From: Eggerthellaceae bacterium
GTDB lineage: Bacteria; Bacillota; Clostridia; Oscillospirales; Acutalibacteraceae
Length of the DNA stretch: 64,000 bases
Direction of reading: 5' to 3'
Assembly: GCA_963616775.1 (NCBI GenBank)
Contig: CAVELL010000033.1
Span: 1,645 to 65,644, forward strand
The notes beneath the pieces were generated by a model. That model did not search any database and was not told the DNA's origin. It saw nothing but the letters and a program-made list of their open reading frames with translations. The position numbers were made by a program, and so were the translations under genes. This document shows, in pieces, positions 59,011-64,000 of the stretch; position 1 is the first letter of the stretch, and each line of letters begins with the position of its first letter.

Positions 59011-60180
59011 TTATTTTAATCTTTTGTAGTTCTTACCGGCAAGCGGTTCAACAACTCCGAGAAGCTCCAGCTCCGTCATTGCGGAAAGGAAATCGACGGT
59101 TGAAAGCTTGGCTTTGAGTATAAGCTCCTCCGCCTGCATCGTCTTTTCCGTAAAAGCCTCGCAGATGAGTCTTGCGTTTTCGCCGATTCCCTGCGGAACC
59201 GTCATTTTCGCGTTCTCGATTTCAGGTTCTCCGGTTGCAGCAGGTTTTTCTGCCGACGTCATCGTCAGCTCGGTTTCAATCTTTTCGGCGTCAATAAGCT
59301 CCGGAAATCTTGCGGCGTACTCCTCAAGCACATCCATCGCGTTGAACACGGGCTTGGCACCGTCGCGCAGAAGTCTGTTGGTTCCCATATTCATGCTCGA
59401 CGTTATATCGCCCGGCACGGCAAAAATGTCGCGTCCCTGCTCCGCCGCGTGTTCTGCGGTTCTGAGCGAACCGCTGCGTTCATTTGCTTCAATGACAATC
59501 GTTCCGTAGGAAAGACCGGAAATGATCCTGTTCCTGAACGGAAAATTGGATGGGAATGTCGGTGTGTACGGCGGATATTCGGTAACCAGCGCACCGTTTG
59601 AAGCAATCTCACGCCTGAGAGGTTCGTTTTCCGGCAGATACCTCGCGCCGAATCCGCAGCCGAGAACCGCAACCGTTTTCGCTCCGACATTGAGAGCACC
59701 TCTGTGAGCCGCGGAGTCGATACCCTCGGCAGCTCCGCTGACAATCATCGCACCCGAGCGGCACAGCGAAGCGGAAAGTGCTCCGGCAATTCTTTTGCCG
59801 ATATCGCTGCCCTTTCTTGCGCCGACAACTGCGATTGAAATTTTGTTTTTCAAACAGTCTAAATCTCCGCGAACATAAAGCACCAGCGGTAAATTAGGCA
59901 ATTTGAAAAGCATAGACGGGTAATTCCCGTCGCCCGGGGTGACGACTTTCACTCCGCATCTGTCGCAGTCCGACACAATTTTCTCCGCCTTCTCAAGAGA
60001 TGTTGCCGTAAGATTATTGAGCTGTCCACGGGTAAATATTCCCGAAATTCTCCATTCATATTCACCGGCAAAGTAAAGCGTTTTTGCGTCGCCGAAATAC
60101 GAGACGATTTCATCGGTTTTGACGCTTCTTGAAATTCCGAGTGCATTCTGCGCCCACACCCAGTAAACTCTGTCGTTCAT
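59011..60180 (-). CDS. dprA: DNA-processing protein DprA (Smf)
   Basis: Rossmann-like core VVGARK....G......L.......IVSG.A.GIDSAAH. Conserved position upstream of topA. Confidence 0.9.
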   Translation of the reverse strand: MNDRVYWVWAQNALGISRSVKTDEIVSYFGDAKTLYFAGEYEWRISGIFTRGQLNNLTATSLEKAEKIVSDCDRCGVKVVTPGDGNYPSMLFKLPNLPLVLYVRGDLDCLKNKISIAVVGARKGSDIGKRIAGALSASLCRSGAMIVSGAAEGIDSAAHRGALNVGAKTVAVLGCGFGARYLPENEPLRREIASNGALVTEYPPYTPTFPSNFPFRNRIISGLSYGTIVIEANERSGSLRTAEHAAEQGRDIFAVPGDITSSMNMGTNRLLRDGAKPVFNAMDVLEEYAARFPELIDAEKIETELTMTSAEKPAATGEPEIENAKMTVPQGIGENARLICEAFTEKTMQAEELILKAKLSTVDFLSAMTELELLGVVEPLAGKNYKRLK

Positions 60181-60965
60181 TTCTTCACCATTTCCCAGAT
60201 AAGTATTGCCGCCGCCGTCGCGGCATTGAGTGATTCCGCTCTGCCGCCCATCGGTATCGTAACCTTCTTCGAGCAGGCGTTCATGGTTTTCTCCGTCACT
60301 CCGTTACCCTCGTTGCCGACAACGCAAACAACTCCAGAGGTCATATCAATCTCGTTTATCTTCTCGCTGTCTCCGTCGGGTGTTGAGGCGAGCGTCAGCA
60401 TACCTAAGCCGTTCGCCTCTTCAACCGTTTCTGCGGCATCCTCACGGTTGATTATGTCAAGACGGAGAGCCGACCCCATTGACGCTCTGAGAGCCTTGGG
60501 GTTGTAGATGTCACAACCGCCGCAGATTATCAGTCCGTCCGCTCCGAGAGCCTCCGCCGTTCGGCTTATCGCTCCGAGATTCGACGGATCCTGAACATCC
60601 TCAAGCAAAAGATATTTTCCGTCGGCGCGGAGCCCTTTCTTTTTTTTGCCGTCCTTCGGCATACGGCACAGGCAGAAAATTTCCTGCGTGCTCTGCGTGT
60701 CGGAAAGCCTTGACGCAACCTCGGCGGAAATTTCATAGACCTCCCGAGAAGCGGAAATTATCCGCTCGCACCTCTGCGGATATTTCTCCGCAGCTCTGCG
60801 GCTGAGGAATGTTCTGAATATTTCCGTCCCGCTTTCGGCGGCATCCGAGCACAGACGTGCGCCCTCAAGGAAGAACATTCCGTTCTCGCGCCGCGCCTTG
60901 GCACTGTCGCGAATACTGACGGCAAGCTTAACCTTTTCGTTGTTCTTTGCGGACAGAATATCCAC
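60177..60965 (-). CDS. TrmH/SpoU-family RNA 2'-O-methyltransferase
   Basis: DPSNLGAISRTAEALG, GNEGNG and SLNAATAAAI motifs. The likely start is GTG 60965, 7 nt after AAAGGAGG. The stop overlaps the dprA start (ATGA). Confidence 0.85.
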   Translation of the reverse strand: MDILSAKNNEKVKLAVSIRDSAKARRENGMFFLEGARLCSDAAESGTEIFRTFLSRRAAEKYPQRCERIISASREVYEISAEVASRLSDTQSTQEIFCLCRMPKDGKKKKGLRADGKYLLLEDVQDPSNLGAISRTAEALGADGLIICGGCDIYNPKALRASMGSALRLDIINREDAAETVEEANGLGMLTLASTPDGDSEKINEIDMTSGVVCVVGNEGNGVTEKTMNACSKKVTIPMGGRAESLNAATAAAILIWEMVKK

Positions 60966-61045
60966 CGGTTTGCCTCCTTTACGGCTTTGTTCCAAAGCCT
61001 TTATTTGCGGCTTTTCATCGCAAAATTATGCGGCGAACAGGTGCC

Positions 61046-61087
61046 GCAAAAAGACAAATTCACGCCCCCTTTATAAAAAGGAGCGTG
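61046..61087 (-). terminator. intrinsic terminator of infC-rpmI-rplT
   Basis: On the minus strand: CACGCTCC-tttttataaa-GGGGGCGTG followed by AATTTGTCTTTTT. Confidence 0.6.
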
Positions 61088-61095
61088 ATAATTAT

Positions 61096-61452
61096 TTATT
61101 TAAGTGCTGCCTTAGCCTTTTCCGTAAGAGCCGTGAACGCAGCGGGGTCGGCAATTGCAATCTCCGAAAGCATCTTTCTGTTGAGCTCAATACCTGCCTT
61201 GTTGAGACCGTTCATAAAGGTTGAATAGTTCATTCCGTTAAGCTTGCAGGCTGCGGAAATTCTTGTGATCCACAGGCGGCGGAAATCTCTCTTCTTCTGC
61301 TTACGTCCGACATAAGCATACTGACCTGATTTCATAACTGCCTGCTTAGCTGTTTTGAAAAGACTTGACTTTGAGCCGTAGTAGCCCTTAGCCATCTTCA
61401 TTACTTTATTTCTTCTCTTGCGAGACATGGTAGCGCCTTTAATACGAGCCAT
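61096..61452 (-). CDS. rplT: 50S ribosomal protein L20
   Basis: [17 protein letters not shown]..., 118 aa. RBS GGAGGT. Confidence 0.97.
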   Translation of the reverse strand: MARIKGATMSRKRRNKVMKMAKGYYGSKSSLFKTAKQAVMKSGQYAYVGRKQKKRDFRRLWITRISAACKLNGMNYSTFMNGLNKAGIELNRKMLSEIAIADPAAFTALTEKAKAALK

Positions 61453-61487
61453 GGTAACTTACCTCCAATTTAAAATTAACTTCTTAA

Positions 61488-61685
61488 TTATTTGTACGGA
61501 ATCAAACGCTTGATCTGCTTAACGTTTGTTGTGTCGGCGACAACTGTCTGACGAAGACCTCTCTTACGCTTTGTTGTCTTCTTGTTAAGAATGTGAGACT
61601 TGTTAGCATGGCCTCTGATCGGCTTACCGTTCTTAGACATCTTAAAGCGCTTCTTTGCACCGCTGTGAGTTTTGATTTTAGGCAT
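61488..61685 (-). CDS. rpmI: 50S ribosomal protein L35
   Basis: MPKIKTHSGAKKRFK..., 65 aa. RBS AAGGAGG. Confidence 0.97.
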   Translation of the reverse strand: MPKIKTHSGAKKRFKMSKNGKPIRGHANKSHILNKKTTKRKRGLRQTVVADTTNVKQIKRLIPYK

Positions 61686-61705
61686 GGTTTTTTCCTCCTT
61701 ATGAA

Positions 61706-62224
61706 TTACTTAGATGATTTGGCTGCAATAAACATCAGCATCGATCGTCCCTCAAGCTTTGCCGGCTTTTCAACCGTGCCATACTCCTTGACGGCATCCG
61801 CAAAATCGCTCATGGTGACAAGACCGTTCTCAGGGTGAGCCATCTCGCGTCCTCTGAAACGGATAGAGACCTTAACACGGTTGCCGCTCTTCAGGAACTT
61901 AATCGCCTGATTGGCCTTTGTTTCAAAATCGTGTGTGTCGATATTAAGCGACAGACGAACCTCTTTGACTTCAATGACCCTCTGATTCCTCTTGGCTTCT
62001 TTTTCACGCTTTGCCTGTTCAAAGCGATACTTGCCGTAGTCCATAATCTTACAGACAGGCGGCTTTGCCTGCGGCGCGATCTTTACAAGATCGGTGTTTT
62101 TCTCTTCCGCAAGACGCATTGCCTCTGCGATGGGCATAACGCCGAGCTGAGTTCCGTCCGAATCAATTACTCTGACTTCCTTGTCGCGGATTTCTTCATT
62201 GATCTGAGTTTCTTTCGTACCGAT
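61706..62224 (-). CDS. infC: translation initiation factor IF-3 (probable non-AUG start)
   Basis: INEEIRDKEVRVID..G.QLG and the rest of IF-3. GGAGGTG (62238-62232) lies 9 nt upstream of an in-frame ATC (62224) and only 3 nt from an in-frame TTG (62230). There is no in-frame ATG near the RBS. Confidence 0.9.
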   Translation of the reverse strand: MGTKETQINEEIRDKEVRVIDSDGTQLGVMPIAEAMRLAEEKNTDLVKIAPQAKPPVCKIMDYGKYRFEQAKREKEAKRNQRVIEVKEVRLSLNIDTHDFETKANQAIKFLKSGNRVKVSIRFRGREMAHPENGLVTMSDFADAVKEYGTVEKPAKLEGRSMLMFIAAKSSK

Positions 62225-62230
62225 GTTCAA

Positions 62231-62374
62231 GCACCTCCAAATGCTCAATAATAAAATCAAAGCACGGATGGGAACGAACCTATCCGTGCGCGCAAATCTA
62301 CCGGGAAAACCCGAAAATTATTGACCGCACGGACAAAACCGTTAAGGTGGGAACGAACCATTCCACTTTGTTGT
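62231..62374 (-). promoter_or_regulatory. structured infC leader, candidate L20-responsive leader
   Basis: Leader of about 140 nt with two hairpins that share the loop/stem sequence GGTTCGTTCCCA. On the + strand these are 62347-62366 and 62263-62288. Confidence 0.5.
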
Positions 62375-62380
62375 GTGAGT

Positions 62381-62409
62381 ATTCTATCACCGCTCAAACG
62401 TTTTGTCAA
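62381..62409 (-). promoter_or_regulatory. infC operon promoter
   Basis: On the minus strand: TTGACA (62409-62404), 17-nt spacer, TAGAAT (62386-62381). Confidence 0.6.
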
Positions 62410-62482
62410 TAGTTTTTTTAAAATTGCGTAAAATACAGAAACTCACCAAATTATTATCATTCTGTAAATTTTGCAATACTGA

Positions 62483-62511
62483 TTGAATTTTACTGTGATT
62501 CGTGTTATTAT
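62483..62511 (+). promoter_or_regulatory. candidate promoter of the zinc-ribbon/TPR gene
   Basis: TTGAAT (62483-62488), 17-nt spacer, TATTAT (62506-62511). Confidence 0.4.
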
Positions 62512-62546
62512 TGTTATTATTACATTACAAGTAAGGAGGAATTTCC

Positions 62547-64000
62547 TTGGCAGATGATAAAGAAAGAGAGCTGCCCGACGAGACCCTGCCGAAAGAACCC
62601 GAAGAGAAATCCGACGGCTGGGACTGGGATGCGGCTGTTCCGCAGACAGACACAAGCAACATCTCGTTCGACGAGCTCCAGACCGCTGAGGTAAAGTTCA
62701 GCGAAACCGCACCCGAAGAGGCGGCGGAACCCGAAGAAAAGGAAGATGAAAAAGAGGAGGAAGCTCCCGAAGAGAAATCCGATGACGACGGACTTTGCAT
62801 TGTCTGCGGCAAGCCGAGAGGCAACAGTCCGAGCGACCTTTACTGCAATGTGTGCCGTGCAAAGTTCCTGAGAACAAACTACGGCGTCGGTCACATCATT
62901 TTGGCTTTCGTTATGGTCATTGTTGCCGCACTCGGCTATTTCATCTTCACCGCAACAGGCACTGTTTCCTACAAGCTTTTCAAAGCCGAGCAGGCATACT
63001 CCGAAAAGAGATATGACGATGCACTCGACCTTTGCTCGGAGGTAACGGACACCATCGACAAGCTCAACAGCGGAGTTAATGCCGTTGTCAAGGGCGTCAA
63101 CTCAAACGCACGCAGTCTTGAGTGGTTCAGCGAGGGCTCAAAGGCCACTCACATAGTCCTTGACTGCTACACCAAAACAATGATGCTCAACCCCAACAAT
63201 TGCGAAACATATATCACCTCTGTTGAGCAGTATTTTACCGACGCTCAGCTCAATGATCCTAAAAATGCCGACATCAAAAAGCTTTACGAGATCGTCAAGG
63301 ACGTAAACTCCTTTGCCGACACATTTGTTGAAAAGTGGCAGAGCTTCATTACTCAGACCGAGGACGGAAGCTACACCGCCGATTACGACAATGCAATTAA
63401 ATATCTTGATTCCGTTGAAACAAAGAACGATATGCAGAAAAGCTATATCGAATACTTTAAATTCTGGACGGCTTACTACGCACAGAAAGACGGCAAAACC
63501 GCAGTCGGCTTTATGAAAAACGCTTACGATGCCGCCGGTGATTACGGCTATCTTTATCTGTCGGATTATCTTTCGGTTGCCTGGCAGTATGAGGAATACG
63601 ACACGGTTATCGCCCTCGCAGACAAAGCCGCGCAGCTCAACGCAAATGACACATCGGCTTACTACTATGCAATCAAGGTTTATGTCAACAGACAGGACTT
63701 CGATTCAGCCGATAAGCTTTGCGAGAAGATGAAAGAAGCCAACCCCGATACCCTTGATTATTACAGCACAAAGGCCGAGATTCTCCGCCGCAAGGGCGAG
63801 TTTGAGGACGCAGTCGAAATCTGCCGCAAGGGCATCGTTAAGGGCTCCGACCCGGAGGTTTACCGTCAGCAGGCAATCGCATACCTGCTCATGAGCGACA
63901 AGGAAAATGCACTTGAAGCAATCAAGCAGTCCTACGAGCTGGCAATGCAGAACACCTCCAACGGAGTTGCGCTCGAAGAGGTAAACACAGTTGCGCTTAT
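62547..64000 (+). CDS. acidic N-terminus, zinc-ribbon, single-TM and TPR-like repeat protein (partial, continues beyond the window)
   Basis: TTG at 62547, 6 nt after AAGGAGG (62534-62540). The frame is open for 484 codons to the window end. CIVCG...CNVC at aa 84-103, a TM at about aa 115-136, then helical repeat-like sequence (YYSTKAEILRRKGEFEDAVEICRKGI). Not in the ORF track because no stop falls within the window. Confidence 0.7.
   Translation, partial: MADDKERELPDETLPKEPEEKSDGWDWDAAVPQTDTSNISFDELQTAEVKFSETAPEEAAEPEEKEDEKEEEAPEEKSDDDGLCIVCGKPRGNSPSDLYCNVCRAKFLRTNYGVGHIILAFVMVIVAALGYFIFTATGTVSYKLFKAEQAYSEKRYDDALDLCSEVTDTIDKLNSGVNAVVKGVNSNARSLEWFSEGSKATHIVLDCYTKTMMLNPNNCETYITSVEQYFTDAQLNDPKNADIKKLYEIVKDVNSFADTFVEKWQSFITQTEDGSYTADYDNAIKYLDSVETKNDMQKSYIEYFKFWTAYYAQKDGKTAVGFMKNAYDAAGDYGYLYLSDYLSVAWQYEEYDTVIALADKAAQLNANDTSAYYYAIKVYVNRQDFDSADKLCEKMKEANPDTLDYYSTKAEILRRKGEFEDAVEICRKGIVKGSDPEVYRQQAIAYLLMSDKENALEAIKQSYELAMQNTSNGVALEEVNTVAL

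Noticed and set aside
62520-62894. 124-aa and 99-aa minus-strand ORFs
   Set aside because: They are antisense to the acidic N-terminal region of the TTG-initiated zinc-ribbon/TPR gene. Their Ser/Phe/Gly-rich translations mirror the GAA/GAG-rich sense strand.

Overview
The window reads as a core chromosomal segment of a roughly 50% GC Clostridia genome, probably Oscillospiraceae or Ruminococcus-like. This taxonomic call is an inference from the dockerin-bearing proteins, the Firmicute gene order and the AGGAGG ribosome-binding sites (RBS). Most of the sequence is housekeeping. It carries gltX-glnS, rplS-lepB-lepB-rbgA...rnhB-yraN, a tightly packed minus-strand array (TrmH-family methyltransferase, dprA, topA, trmFO, rnc, radical SAM, smc), infC-rpmI-rplT, ychF, thrC, and three tRNAs (Thr-UGU, Tyr-GUA, Val-GAC). 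Interspersed are glycan-utilisation genes (GH27, GH2 LacZ-like, GH36, a GH127-like gene and two dockerin proteins). There is also a feoA-feoA-feoB iron-uptake operon with a divergent DtxR-family regulator, and several cell-envelope acyl or glycosyl modification genes. I found no transposase, integrase, CRISPR array, prophage or recognisable defence island, and I cannot honestly point to a discrete novel multi-gene system. The features most worth a second look are these: (1) a family of about 25-bp repeats (CCTCAATTTGTGCGGTATTGCCTTWA) found singly or as inverted pairs at four intergenic loci. (2) Three TTAG-N6-CTAA palindromes positioned as operators in the feo/dtxR intergenic region. (3) A low-GC MBOAT plus DltD-like pair inserted into the conserved rbgA-rnhB cluster. 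(4) Tandem paralogous polytopic membrane proteins of about 545 aa that look GT-C-like. (5) A large acidic insertion in FeoB. (6) Genes missed by the ORF track: a 55-aa DUF1540-like CDS and a TTG-initiated zinc-ribbon/TM/TPR protein that runs off the window end. (7) A probable non-AUG start for infC downstream of an L20-leader-like structure.
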